From Eledone cirrhosa (lineage: Eukaryota), in NCBI GenBank assembly GCA_964016885.1, contig OZ024740.1, forward strand, positions 142,600,001 through 142,664,000: a stretch of 64,000 bases of DNA, read 5' to 3'. Position numbers and translations under genes: made by a program. Shown here piece by piece: positions 12,371-26,100 of the stretch. The first letter of the stretch is position 1. Each line of letters begins with the position of its first letter. The notes under the pieces were generated by a model, which was given only the letters and a program-made list of their open reading frames with translations, ran no database searches and was not told where the DNA came from.

Positions 12371-14221
12371 TAGGATAAGAAATTAAAGAAGTAATAGAAA
12401 GATAGAGGGGAGTGAGCAGAGGCAGAAACAAAAAGAAGCAGGTTTGTTCATTTCGCCATAGTTAGCCAAGTTGATATTTACCAAATAAGCACTAAAATAT
12501 TTCTTAACCATTTTGATACCAACCTGTCTAAAATCATTCCTGTTTTTATGATATATAGCTGTTTATTTTAAAGTTTATATTTTATCTAAAAACGTTTCAT
12601 TGTAATTGTATGCAAGAACCTTTTCTTATGTTCCAAGCATCATCTTAACGATGAAAAAGTTTGTTATATTACTGAATAGCTCCAGATTCTTGATTTATTT
12701 TCAAAATGTTTTGAAAATCATGAGCAATATGTATTATTAAAAATACAGTAACATATGGGTTATTGTGACAAGCAAGAAAAATTCTATTTGAATTCAGAAA
12801 AGGTATTTATTCAATCAATATTCACATCATCCAAGTCAGACAGGGGAGATAACTCAAAATTTCAAAAACGTTGACGCAACTAAATTTCAAAAAAGTTTAC
12901 AATAAGGAAATTTAAATTAATTAAAATAACTTTAAAGTCCTCTCTAGACAAGTAAGATTCAGGGTCAGTTTCAGTATCTGTAGAATGATATTGATAGAGA
13001 AAAAATGTGGATTAAGAAAGGATCCCAAAGAATTGTAGTCCTTTGTAGGAAGGATTTAACTGGCAAAACCAGATTTAGTTCCACGAAACAAAGCCACCCA
13101 TTTAAAAATTGTTCATTAATTAAATGAAATGGAGCGTATTATATTAGATATACAGTCATAAAAAGGTTAACCAAAGCATTTATGATGGGATATGGAAGGT
13201 AAGACATAATGAGGGTAATAGGTAGAAGAGAGACAGAGGTCAAGAGGTGAAGGAATGAAACTAGCTAGTTAGAGGTGTAGAAGTTTGTTGTAGAAGGTAC
13301 ACAGGATGAACACTGCATAACCAAGCATGCATACAAATATCAAACTCAGTTTCAAAATGGACCTCACTAGCTTTCAAGAATATCCTAAGAAGTGTTAGAT
13401 AGCAGTGGTTCCCAGAGACTTAGGTCACATTTCTCTCTTTGCAATCCCAGGTTTCTTCAATTTCTTCCCATTCTGAATTATCATATAACAAACTTTCCAA
13501 ATCTTAATAATTGTATCATTCTAAATAGGATTACGTTTGAAGCATTTTTTTTTTTTTTTTTTGTGAACTGTTAATTCATGATGACCATTATAGTTGGGTA
13601 TATTGATATTTCATTTGTTATATACATAATATATACATTCCTCCCTTGACTAAAATACCTCTCCTGAGAGCTAAATGCCTCCCTTTTGAGATGGATGAAA
13701 TTAAACTCTCAAAACTGACATTACATTGGTATAATACTAAAGAGAATTAAAATATAAAACATCACCAGTTCTACATAATCTTAGTGATTCAATGCTGTCC
13801 AACTTACCATGCTCAAAAAACAACAGATAGAGCATCGCACAGTTTCTGTTGTTTAGTCCCAGGCCAACCACAATTGAGCAGACCTGTCTCAACGATCCTG
13901 TCTTTTTTACGGGTATATATGTCTACATTATCCAATGTGTCTATTCTTTTTGCATACTGATAGGATGTGAATCAAGGGATATTTGGCAGCTATAAAATAG
14001 CGTCCAAATCTCTAGGGCATTCAGCCATGCATGAGTCTCCTCTTTGATGTAATCAGTAATGCAATAACTTAGAATATATGAGATTGCACAACTGTAGGTC
14101 AGCTCATATTCTATGGCAATAAAATTACAAATATAAAACCAGTGAGCTGTACATATAAGCATATATACATATATAACAAAAATAGATACCTGTTATATAT
14201 ATATTACATTACATGCATGCA

Positions 14222-14377
14222 TGCATACATACATAGACACATACACACATACACACATACATACATACATACACACATACACACACACATACATACATAC
14301 ATACATACATACATACATACATACATACATACATACATACATACATACATACATACATACATACATACATACATACA
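14222..14377. repeat. (CATA)n microsatellite
   Basis: Directly visible. Confidence 0.97.
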
Positions 14378-14745
14378 TGATGAGGATGATGGCTGCGACT
14401 CCATTTCGAGTAATGCCATCACTTGATTCTTAAGCATGAGCATCATGGACGTGGCCTTTTAGAACTGCTGGAGACTTGCCTATGGCCAAAAATACCATGC
14501 ATAGCAAAAAATGCCACATATCATGTGATGCCTGTGCTTGGAGCTTTTTTAGGCGATGAAAGGCTTTGCATAGGGCCAATCCCACTCTCTGAACATCAAA
14601 TGCATTTTCCCAAAAAGTAGAACTGGTCTACATCATTGGATGCAAACAAAGTCGCAGGTTTTATATCAGAGTGACCTTCTCCTGGAGAGATATCAAGGAG
14701 TCTCTGACTCAAAAGAAAAAATACATACATACATACATATATATA

Positions 14746-15120
14746 TGATATTGTTGTTTGGGACCACACATTAAAAACATGCTTTGTTATAAATCACCTG
14801 CCCATTCGATGTCAATGTAGTAAGAAAAGTGAAAGATAAGTACAATACCTATGATCCATTGATGAGGAGTTTGCAGATCCAATACCCAAAATACACATTC
14901 AACTTTCTACCTATTATTATTGGAGCTGCAGGATATATACAAACCTGCTTAGCCTAAAGTATTACTGAACTTAGATTTGTGGAGAAAAAACATAGTTCCT
15001 TAAATTATATGCTACAAATGACTGCAATATCTGGAACCTTTAAAGTCTGTAAAACATTTTTATAATTCAAAAGATGAAAATTTCTTTTTCTTTAGAACCT
15101 TGCCACCAGGAAGATGGCTG
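14746..15120 (+). mobile_element. Degenerate 3' fragment of a restriction-like-endonuclease LINE (Dong/R4-like)
   Basis: Conceptual translation DIVVWD..KTCFVI/ITCPFDVNV..KDKYNTY..L...LPIIIGAAG. Confidence 0.65.
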
Positions 15121-17989
15121 GTCAAATATAAATTCAAAATTATAAGAAAGAAAACTACATACAGCCATACATACATCCAGTCATACATACATACATACAT
15201 ACAGTTAGACACACAGACAGAAACAAGGAAGAGAAGTGATCAAATATAAAAGGGATTTTGGGAGTTTAAAGCAATTTATAAAAGTCAAAATAATGAAATA
15301 TGTGTCTCTAAAGAGAAGAAGTCCAATGAATAATACAACTAAGTAATTTTTGAGATTGATATTTCAGGAAAAATGCTTTTACATTTGCAAAAGCTTTTAA
15401 AGATTTAGTAACTTAAAATCATTTTGAAACTGCTTACATTGCTTTTTGGTGTTTAATTCTATTGTGTGTATAGAATTTAATTTTATATCGAATACTCTCT
15501 CTCTCTCTCTCTCTCTTACAGAAAGATACATACACACACAAACACACATATGTATGCATACATGCACACACATACACCAATATATGTATATGTTTAAAAG
15601 ACTTTAAAAGCAGTAAAACATTTCAAAAAACGTTTTAATAGAATCATATTCTATTAAAATGTTTACTGATCTCAGTCTACAGACTACAACCATGCTGGGG
15701 CACCACCACCTTTAATATTTTTCAATTATATTGAACTCAGTATTTTGTTTGGTACTTAGTTTATCACACTCATAAGGGGAGAATAATATAACCATGGCAG
15801 AATGGAATATCATAAAGTATTTTTGTTATTTCACCAATTATTCCATGCTATATATATACAAAATAACATACAACAAACTCCTTCAGTTTCTGTCAACCAA
15901 ATTTCACCCATTTGTGATTTGGTCATATCGAAACTGTGGTTAAATACATTGGCAGGCAATAAAGTGAAATTGAACCCAGAAGCTTATGATTACAAAGTGT
16001 ATTTCTTAGCTACACAACAATGGCAAAGGTTTTTACATTAGTTCTTTGTTATATGATATATATAATATTGATTTCATAAAATCATTAGGACATTAGAAAT
16101 AATGTTTTGTGGTATTTATTCTAACTCTCTGTGCTCTGAGTAGCAATCCCACTGAGATAAATGTTGCCTTTCATCTTTTCACAGTCGATAAATAAAGTAC
16201 CAGTCAAAGGGCAGTGGATAAGTGGAATAGTTAAAGCATCAAATAGGATGCCAAGCAGTGCCTATTCTGTCTCTGTGCATACTATTCCATCAGAGTTTTT
16301 AAGCATCTCAGTGACTATTCCTAATGGACCAGCTGCCTTCCCAGACTTCATATTATAAATTGTTCTGGCGGCCTTACTCATTTGAGTTTACAGACCTCTC
16401 TAACCTGATGCCACAGAAAGAAACACTATAGATTATATCATGGAGGCTGTACTAATCAATAGCAAGAGACCTATCATAAACAGCAGGAATGAGTTGAATG
16501 AAGCTGATTGGCTATTGTGTCTACACATGTCTGTGCATGTCATCATTCTTTAATTCTATTTTCTATACAAACAAGTGCCACTCATTACCATTTACTTCAT
16601 TTCCTTTCTTTTGTAAAAGAGGTTCCTACCTTGAAATATCATGAAATATAAAGGTAAAAGTGTAAACTGTTATTTTATTTTGCATTTCTTACTTTATCCT
16701 AGCTTCTACTCTTGTATTTCTAACTAGCATAGTATCAGATTTCCCAAAATAATCATAACCATATATCATACAATACCTCATATAGACTACACTATTAATA
16801 TAATTGTGAAACCAATATGGTTGGGGTATGTCTTAACATATACAAGTGAGGAAGTATTGTTTAAGATGGTAAATAGTACAGAGTACAAGGTATAGTCACA
16901 GTAAGCCATATCAACAACCCACTTTTAATTCCTAATCTATAATGTTATTCTGCTTGTCATGACATGTGTTTGAATGATCTACTTTCAGAGGGAAATAACT
17001 TCATCTTCTCATTGATTTATATTCTGATATAGACAGTCAGACAGAAAGACGGGTAGACAGACAGACAGGGTCAAATGAATAAATAGATAGATGATAGAGA
17101 TATAGACAGATAAATAGATATACAAACAGTCAGCTGGATAGACAGCCACAGAGTTAGATGGAGAGATGACGATGGGGGGGGGGGGGCGGTCAATATGTCC
17201 ATTTGTTAATGTTTCATCACTTTTGATATAAAACAGCCGATATTAAAACAGATAGATAACCCCTTCCCCCAACCCAACAAAACTTATGTACACAACACAC
17301 ATGCATGTGCTAAAAGTTGCAATCACCTTTTGAAAAGGATAAATAGAGAATATTTATAAGAAATATAAGCGCTGAAACTTTTTTCATCCTGCCTTCCAAT
17401 TTTATGTTGATAATGAATATCAATTAGAGTAATGTTTTACAGAAACATAATGTCGTTTCTACAACTATGAATAGCAAACAATACAAAAGAAATATAAATA
17501 TATAAGTGTGTGTGTGTGTGTGTGTATTAATTTCTGGAGCGAAACAAGCATACATCTAGTTTCTTAAATAATAACTAAAAGCAAGAATATATATATATAT
17601 ATATATATATATATCAACTTACCTAGTCTATAAAGGAACATCCTGCTTGGGGAGTTTTTTTAATTTGGCTCTGTAGCTTCTTGATAAAAAATGGAGGTAA
17701 TGATGATTTTCAGATAAATTTTTAATTTAGGATTGGTAAACAAACACCTAAACAACAAATTTATATACATATATAAACTTTTACACATTATTTATATCCT
17801 TATAATTATAAAACCCCGAACTTGATAATTGTTAAGTTAAAAATTGTTACTATCTTTGGTAAAAGTTAATGGGTCAAAGTAGGTGAGGCATTAAATGCAA
17901 TTATTTCAAAAAATTGTTGTTCTGGTGAATTATTGCTATAGTGTGTTGTTGGACAAAGTATTGTTCAGTTTTATTCTAAAATAATTATC

Positions 17990-18460
17990 ATGTATATATG
18001 TGACGAAAATCGATGGTAAATTAGAGTTGGCTTATATTTAAGGTCCATATTTTGCCGATTTTCACCAACTTCAAAATTCTACATAAATGAGTGGCTAAAA
18101 TATTTTTGGTTTGGAGGTAAATATTACACCAGTTTCACGTTTATGAAATTTGTATTTCCTATTGTTTTGTTTTTTTCATATATTTTGAATAAATATGGCA
18201 TTCAAAATGGTAAGAAATTGGTAAAAAAAATAATCATTATATATATGTGAAACAAAAGCTATATTCTAAACAACATTTAAAACATTTTAAGTATCAAAAA
18301 ATTAAAACTTCATGAATATATTCTCCACTCAAATATCAAAACTGTGCCATTTAAACATATGTTGATTATAAACGGGTTTGGGGTTTTTGCCTATTTTTCA
18401 TGCATGAAATAGGGAGTCAACTTACATTCAGATCAGCTCATATTCAAGTATATATGGTAT
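17990..18460. mobile_element. Second copy of the mariner/pogo-like non-autonomous element
   Basis: Shares gcttatatt.aagg.ccata.tttg..gattttcaccaacttcaaaattct with 2620-2680; ends tattcaagtatatatggta. Confidence 0.6.
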
Positions 18461-19314
18461 GTGGCAGAGCAACTAAACTCTAGATTATAAAAGTAGGCTT
18501 TCCTTTCTTTCTTTTCTTTTTTGTTATCTATTTATTCCAGAATGCTACTGGTAATGGTCAGTTATTAGTGACTAGATGAATGAATGATTAAATCAACATG
18601 AGAAATGTTTGACTTCAGAAATAATGATTTAAGCTTGTTCTTTATTAGTAAGCCATCATTCAGTTTCGACCTTCTCATTGTCATATTTCTGGCCTTCAAA
18701 TAATTTTTAAAATAGTTAAGTGCCTGGAGCCAATTTAGTACCCTAACTTACTTTGTCATTATTAAGTAGGTGTTTGGAACATAATTTAGGAAAGGTTCTT
18801 ACATAAAATTATGTTTTGTATCATAAACCAAAGATGGCTTCAAATGGTTTGGTATCAAAGGGATTAAATGTAACATTTTGGGATTGGTCAAATCTTAACA
18901 TAAGAAGTATGATGCTATATTGCTGAGAATATTGACTAGAAGATGCAAACGAGTTACTGAGATTAGATGGGAATGATATAAGTACAATTTATCCATTGAA
19001 TGTGTAATACAAACTTACAGGGAAATTTGAAAACATAAATTGAGTAAATGACACTGGCTACTGTGTACAAGACGGATTGTACAACTGATTCAGTGGTCTA
19101 GACATGTAATGCAAATGGATAATTTACTCTGAGAGAAACATGCTTTGAGTTGATAATGGGACTGGAAGCTAGACTAGAAATAGATGAAAAAGACTTGGAA
19201 AGAAATAATTTAAACAGATATGAGAAAATTGGGTTTTAGAGATGATAGATTGTAAGAGGAAGAAACAAGATGCTGTATTTCAGAAATATCAAATATAAAT
19301 CAATATTAAAATAA

Positions 19315-19490
19315 GTGTTTCTACTTTTGGCACAATTATCCCAGTGTATTACTGGTACTTTATTTTATCAACCCCATAAGGATGAAAGGCAAAGTTAACC
19401 TCGGCGGCATTTGAACTCAGAATGGAAAGGGCCGTAACTCTTTGCTGCAAAGCATGGCGTTCGACCCTCTACTGATACTGCCAATCCAAC
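19315..19490 (-). mobile_element. tRNA-derived SINE
   Basis: Reverse complement of the 5471-5660 family. Confidence 0.85.
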
Positions 19491-19818
19491 ACACAACAAG
19501 CATTTTAGGGTCATTTTCCCTGGGTTAAACTTGCAGGTCCTATGACAAGCTTCTTTTTTTGTCAATATATTCCTAAGAGGGTCATGTGGGCAGAGTCCTC
19601 AAACCTCCTTCCAGCAGGTCCTGTCAGAAACAAACTTTGCCCACACGACCCTCTTAGGAATATATTGACAAAAAAGAAGCTTGTCATAGGACCTGCAAGT
19701 TTAACCCAGGAAAAATGACCCTAAAATGCTTGTTGTGTGTTGGATTGGCAGTATCAGTAGAGGGTCGGACGCCATGCTTTGCAGCAAAGAGTTACGGGCC
19801 TTTCCATTGAGTTCAAAT
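19409..19818. repeat. Fold-back inverted duplication (arms about 187 bp, 37-nt spacer)
   Basis: 19409-19596 is the near-perfect reverse complement of 19634-19818 and includes the SINE head. Confidence 0.9.
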
Positions 19819-19819
19819 C

Positions 19820-20345
19820 CCAAGCAAGATCAGCCAAGCTCATGGATGTTATCCAACCATCTTGCTCAGAGTCTACTCCTGGATCTTCTGCCGGTTGGTT
19901 TTGCCCATAAAATCTGTCCAGCGATTCTTTCCTCAAACATTCTAACCACATGCTCATAGTATTGGATCTGTGATTTCCCAATTTGAAGAAGTGGTGACTC
20001 TCTGGTCTCTGAGTTACACAATCTATCAAGTAATATTACTCCAAAGACCCTTTAGAGGAATCCCATTTTAGCCACTCATATTCGTGATCATATTCTTTCA
20101 GTCATTACCCAAAGGTAGGCACGAATACTGAATTGAAGATAGCGAGTTTGGCTTTTACACCTGCCTCCCTTCTTCTGATTACTGAGTGCTGAAGCTGGTC
20201 CATTACTGCCCCAACTCTTGCAATTCTTGCACTTAATTCAGCCTCCTGCTTTCCATTACTTGTGAACACAGCTTTGAGATACTTGAACTTCTCCATCTGC
20301 TTCTGGACAAATAAACAGCTCAGACCAACAGCAGTTGGTAGCATC
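19820..20345 (-). mobile_element. Degenerate RTE LINE 3' fragment
   Basis: EKFKYL..VFTSNGKQEAELSARI...AKLAIFNSVFVPT; later PTGRRSRSRL..RW. Confidence 0.7.
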
Positions 20346-21469
20346 TAACTTCCACCACTAGTTCCTACTCCTTATCAGTATGAGTTGTGATGTTTCAGGT
20401 TCCAATTTTCAAAGTTTGCGCCCTTCTGAACCCTCTTTGGGGTCTTGGGATATCCAATCTTTGTGTGTCCATCTCATTGGACAACATTGATCTCATGACA
20501 GTCCCAAATCCTTTTCAGTTTCCACTTTAGATCCTGGTGCCAGTTAATTTTCTCCCTCTTCTTTTCTTATGCTCTTGTGTCAAATGAGCAAGCTACATCT
20601 GTAATAAGCAAGATCTTTTTTTTTTTCTTTTATTTAATGTCATATTAAAGTGAGCATGGCCTACATGGTTTTTCGAAAATCATACAAGAGTTCCACTACA
20701 AAATAAGTTTGAGAATCACTGCTCTAGAAAAACATTAAATTATTATTTCCACTGTTTACTGAACTAAAGAATAAAGCATCAGATCTTCTGGGAAAATTTA
20801 TTAGTGATAGAATAATGTCCCATCCAGAAGTTTTGTCTCTGGCCTTTTTAATACTATGAAAACACAAGTAATATTAATACCTAGGAGCCTGAAAAAACTG
20901 GTAATTAGTAGACTGGATATTCCTGTGGTGTGATGTTGGTTTGTTCATGTTGTGAGTTGTTGACTGGAAAGATGAGTCACTGAATGCTAGCCATTAGTAA
21001 AGAGACATTACTTGCATAAATAAACATTATGCAGGCATTTCATCTGATGAAATATTCATACAACAAGAAAGTTATCATCTTCCATTGTTATCATCATCAT
21101 CCTCATTACTATTAGAAAGGTGGTTTTATAGGATGTCACACATTGAAATACAAGCATGTGTATATAAATCTAATAATAATTAACTATTCTAAAAGACTTC
21201 AACATTTTCGAATATTGAGGAAAGAAAATCAACTACAACGGTGTGTCTCATACAGCATTATTTCATTATGTCAGTATACAATTCATTTTTAAAGATAATT
21301 TTGTATAATGTTCTAAATAATCCTCATTTTCCAGCACATCTTATCTATTCTGCTACTTTAATGCTTGTTACTTACAACAACAGAAGAATGTTTAAAAAGT
21401 GGACAGAATGATCATCAAGCCAAAGTTAAACACTTTTCAATGCTTTATTCTATCTGTTTATTGTATGTT

Positions 21470-22028
21470 TGACCTGTCATGTTTTGGACGAATCCGATTA
21501 TCAACTGAGTCCATTGTGAAGATTGCCCCGCCATCCTGCTTTAGGTGGCCATGGTGGCCATGGCAAAAGAGATCATGTGGTAGACACATTTGAAAGGGTT
21601 GAAGTCAGCCATTTTCCTCTTTGGAGAAGCCCTGATTAACTTTTTCAGATTTCACTTGAAGAGGAAAATCATGGTGGAGAGGAAAGTGCTACCTTCTAAC
21701 CAGTTTGTTGAAAAGTGGGTGAGTGTGATGAGCATAGTCAGTGTGAATGGGCCTGCCTTGTGCATACACCTGTAGATTGGAGTAGAAAAACTGGAAGAGG
21801 GCATGTTGCCCTAGCTGACAAGGTGATCATGGCTTTTGTGGGATTTCTACACGAGTGACCCTTAGAGTCTCCTCACCTTTGCGGAAGTGGTTATGTTTGT
21901 TTTAAATGTTTATTTTCTTAGTCTCTTTTAGAAATTTTATTTTACACAAAGAAAAACTCATACTGTATCATTCTGTTGTGAGCCCTGTATGGCTAATAGA
22001 AGAAATCATTATTATTATTATTATTATT
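21470..22028 (+). mobile_element. Tx1/L1-like LINE 3' fragment (copy 1)
   Basis: Homologous to 22540-23140 (RIRLSTESIVKIAPP; LINFFRFHLKRKI); ends in a (att)n tail. Confidence 0.75.
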
Positions 22029-22035
22029 GGAGACT

Positions 22036-22225
22036 GGCGGTGGATTGGCAGTATCGGTAGAGGGTCAGACACCATGCTTTCCAGCATAGTTACGTCCCTT
22101 TACGATCTGAGTTCAAATCCCGCCGAGGTTGACTTTGCCTTTCATCCTTATGGGGTCGATAAAATAAAGTACCAGTAATGCACTGGGTAATTGCTGGCCT
22201 TGTGTCTAAAGTAGAAACAATTATT
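22036..22225 (+). mobile_element. tRNA-derived SINE with target-site duplication
   Basis: Family consensus sequence flanked by ttattattggagact on both sides. Confidence 0.88.
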
Positions 22226-22228
22226 ATT

Positions 22229-23140
22229 GGAGACTGGAATGTCTTCAGGCACTTACAGCGCTAGACCAGTCGGGCAATGCGATCAGTGGAAACTCCACCT
22301 TGGCATTCTATAGAGGGTTAGTGGAGGGAAAGAGCGACGACGTCCTTTGGGAGACTTTGGGCATTGATGAAAATCAACTAGCCAATCTCTTTGGGAGAAC
22401 TTTCGGGCCGGGGCCCATGGACAACTTCCAGAAATCCCTGGCTTGGCAGTGCTACCGAGGAGCCTTGCCAGTTCGGGATAAACTCTACAGGCATGGAAAT
22501 GCCATCAGCCAGGCTGACTTGTGGGTTTATGTCGAACACCTGCTGTCACGTGTAGGACGGATCTGGCTATCAGCTGAGTCCATCGTGAGGATTGCCCCGC
22601 CACCTTCCTTTAGCTGGGAAGGGCAGGCAGTTTTTATTTGCCTGATGGCCATGGTAAAAGAGATTGTATGGTGGACACGTCTGAAAGGATTGAAGACGAG
22701 TACTTTCCTCTTCAGTGACACCCTCATTAACTTTTTCAGGTTTCACCTGAAGAGGAAAATCAGGGTGGAGAGGGAAGTGCTGCCTTCCAGCCAGTTTGTT
22801 GAAAGGTGGGTGAGAGAGGTAAGAATGGCCCGTGTGAATGGGCCTACCCTGAGCGTGTGCCTGTAGCATCGTAGGAGGAAAACTGGATGAGGGCACTTGC
22901 TCTAGCGGTCAGGGTAACCGTGGCTTTTTTGTGGGCTTTCTCCATGAGCGACCCTCGGAAGTCTCCACCCTATTGGGGAATTTTTAATTGTTTCTTTTTT
23001 TTGTTATATCCTCTGTTTTTGTTTTTTTTACATGCAGAAATGACCATTTGTACCGTCCTGTATTGTTCTGTGTCGTCCTTAATGTCTACTTTGTGTCAAC
23101 CCTTGTGGGTAATAAAGAAAGCATTATTATTATTATTATT
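22229..23140 (+). mobile_element. Tx1/L1-like LINE 3' fragment (copy 2), post-RT zf-RVT region plus 3' UTR
   Basis: ORF 22300-22866 MDNFQKSLAWQCYRGALPVRDKL; aataaa followed by a (att)n tail. Confidence 0.78.
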
Positions 23141-26100
23141 ATAGTTGCATTTATCTTGCTTTATGTTCATACGAGTTATCACCAAGTCACAACCAGTAAC
23201 CTCAAGAGACAACAAGGTCCGCCATGTTCAAGAAAGAACATACATATTCACACATGCATCTTTAGTGTTTAGACTTGTGATGTACTTATATTGACAGAAT
23301 CTTCCTTAGTATATGGGCAGTTCCCATTAGTACTATCTTTTGTATTTCTCCTATACGCGGGTTTCATGGGATTTGCGATATGTAATCATTAGACCCCTTG
23401 GGTATCATTCCCAGAGCGCCTACAACCACTGGTATTGTTTTAGTTCTCAATTTCCACATTTTTCCAATTTCTATCTCCAGGTCCTTATACTTGCTCAATT
23501 TTTCAAATGTTTTTATAGATAGATTCTTGTGTATTGGAACAGACATATCAATTAGCAGGCATACCCTTTTTTGAAAGTCTTTCAATATTATATCAGGTCT
23601 GTTTGCATCTATTTTTCGGTCTGTTTGGATGCTAAAGTTTCACAAGATTGAGATGTGATCTTTTTCAAGTATGGGAGGTGGTTGATGCTCCCACCAATTC
23701 TTTTGATGGGGCAGGTCAAAATGCTTACACATTATCCAATGTATGTATTGTGCAGCTCTGTCATGCCTGTTTAGGTATTCGGTTGGAGCTATAGGAGTGC
23801 ACATTGAAATTATATGGTCAATGGTCTCTGGTTGTTTTTTGCATACACGGCATAATGGGCTGCACCCATTTTTTATTATGTTGGCTTGGTAATTTTTTGT
23901 TGGCAGACACTGATCTTGTGCCGATATAATCAGTCCTTCAGTCTCTGATTTCAGTCCAGAGGATGCCAACCACTGATGGGTTAAAGTTTTGTCAACATCA
24001 CGATTGTTAGCTCGCTCTGGGTATTTTCCATACAGAGGCTTTTCTTGCCATTTCTTAGCCAGTTTCTGTAGCAGTTCTTTCTTTGCAGTTACTTTTACCT
24101 GCTTTGCTTTTTCTGTGTTTTCCATTTCAGCAGTAAATGGGACTTCTGAAATTTGTAGTCTATTACTGTATCTTTGTGCATCTTTTGTAATGGAATATGA
24201 TCTTTTGATGCTTTCGTGTTTCAAAACGAGTTTGATCATCCAATCATGTGATTCCCTTAGATATGTAGATAATCCAATTGTTGCAGTTTTCAACGCAATG
24301 TCTAACTGGATTAACCCACGTCCTCCTTCTTTCCTAGGGAGATATATTCTATCTATATCTGCCTTAGGGTGATGCATTCTGTGCATGGTTAAGAATTTTC
24401 GAATTTTTGTATCGAGCCTACGGATCTCTGTGCTTGACCAGTTGATGACATTGTAACTGTAGGTTACTACTGGTATGGCAAGCGTGTTTATGGCATCGAT
24501 CCTATTCCTTGCATTCAATTCCGTTCTTAAGATTGCTCTTACTCTGCGGTAACATTCCTTCCTTATCCTTTCCCTCATTGTCGAGTGCTTGATTCCGTCT
24601 CCTTCACAAACACCTAGATATTTGTAAGATTTTTCTTGATCAAGTTCTCTTATCACGTTCCCCCGATCAAGATTAATGTCTGAACTCTTCAGCAGCTTTC
24701 CTCTGGTGAACGTTGCTTTGGCGCATTTATCTAGTCCAAACTCCATTTTAATGTCATCACTGAACTGCTTCACAGTGGATAATAGCCCTTGCAATTGTTC
24801 ATCATTTTTTGCAAATAGTTTCAGGTCATCCATGTAGAACAGGTGATTAATGGTTTTGTCATAGACTTTATATCCATGTTTTGTTTCATTGAGCATTTTA
24901 CTTAATGGTATAAGTGCGATGCAGAATAAAAGCGGTGATAAAGAGTCACCCTGAAAAATTCCACAATTAATATTAACTTCTCCAGCTTCCAGTGATTTTG
25001 TTTCACTATTCAAAAGGAGTGTCGTTTTCCATGTCTTCATACTGAATGACAAAAACCTCTTGACAACGGGGGATATTTTGAAAATCTCTAAACATTTTTC
25101 AATCCAACTGTGTGGCAAACTATCAAATGCTTTTTTATAATCTATCCAAGCAATCGATAGATTTTTGTGTCTATTATGACAATCTTCCAGTATCATTTTG
25201 TTAACCAGAAGCTGATCCTTACAGCCATATGAGCCTCGTTTACACCCTTTCTGCTCAATGGGAAATAGGTCATTTGTTATCAGGTGGTCATATGTGTATT
25301 CAGTTAGGACTGATGTTAAAATTTTATACATTGTGGTCAAGCAAGTTATCGGTCTGTAATTTTTGGGATTGTTTGTCTCATCATTCTTCGGAAGCAGGAA
25401 TGTAATGCTGTTAACTAGCCATGAAGGTATCTTTTTTTTGGCTCCTTAACTATTTCATTGTAAAGTTGGGCTAACAGCTCATGAGACTCTGTGAAGGCAT
25501 TTATCCAAAAGTTTTGTATTTTGTCTTTTCCTGGGGATTTCCATTTGCTGGTTTTTCTTAGAGCCAAGCGCAACTGTTCAACTGTTATATTTTCCCATGT
25601 TTGTTCCTCAAGGTGAGCTGTATCTTTCATTTGTCTGTCTATCCATGCGGCATGTATGTTATGAACTTTTTCTTCGGCCCAGATCTTTTCCCAGAATTCT
25701 TGCACTTCTTCCTTGGGTGGTATTGATTTAGCAGTTATTGTTGACTTACCAATTTTTCTGTAGAAGTTTCTTTGGTTGTTTTTGAACATATTATTGTCCT
25801 TATAGAATCTAGATCGTTTTTCAAAGCGCCTTATACGAGCAGCTTTGGCCGACACTTTTTGCTTGATTATTTCTATCAGCATGTCTATGTCACATGTTGA
25901 TTTTATACTGTACTTTTTTTTCAATTTTCTAAGTTTAGTTTGTTTAACATGTTCACCTACTTTATAGTTTGTTAAAATTTCTATGTCAGATCGGAGAAGG
26001 TTTATTTGGCGATTGATGTTCTCTTGCCAAGTAGATTTCTTGTGGGAATTCCTTTGTTTTTTCATCTTCACTCCACATAAGTGAGTGGTGACTTTAGCCG

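Noticed and set aside
14142-14446. ORFs of HTYI/MYVC repeats, and similar YI-repeat ORFs elsewhere
   Set aside because: Translations of microsatellites.
21040-21080. CTGATGA...GAAA here and similar motifs near 6969 and 61651
   Set aside because: No convincing stems I and II; probably chance matches in AT-rich DNA.
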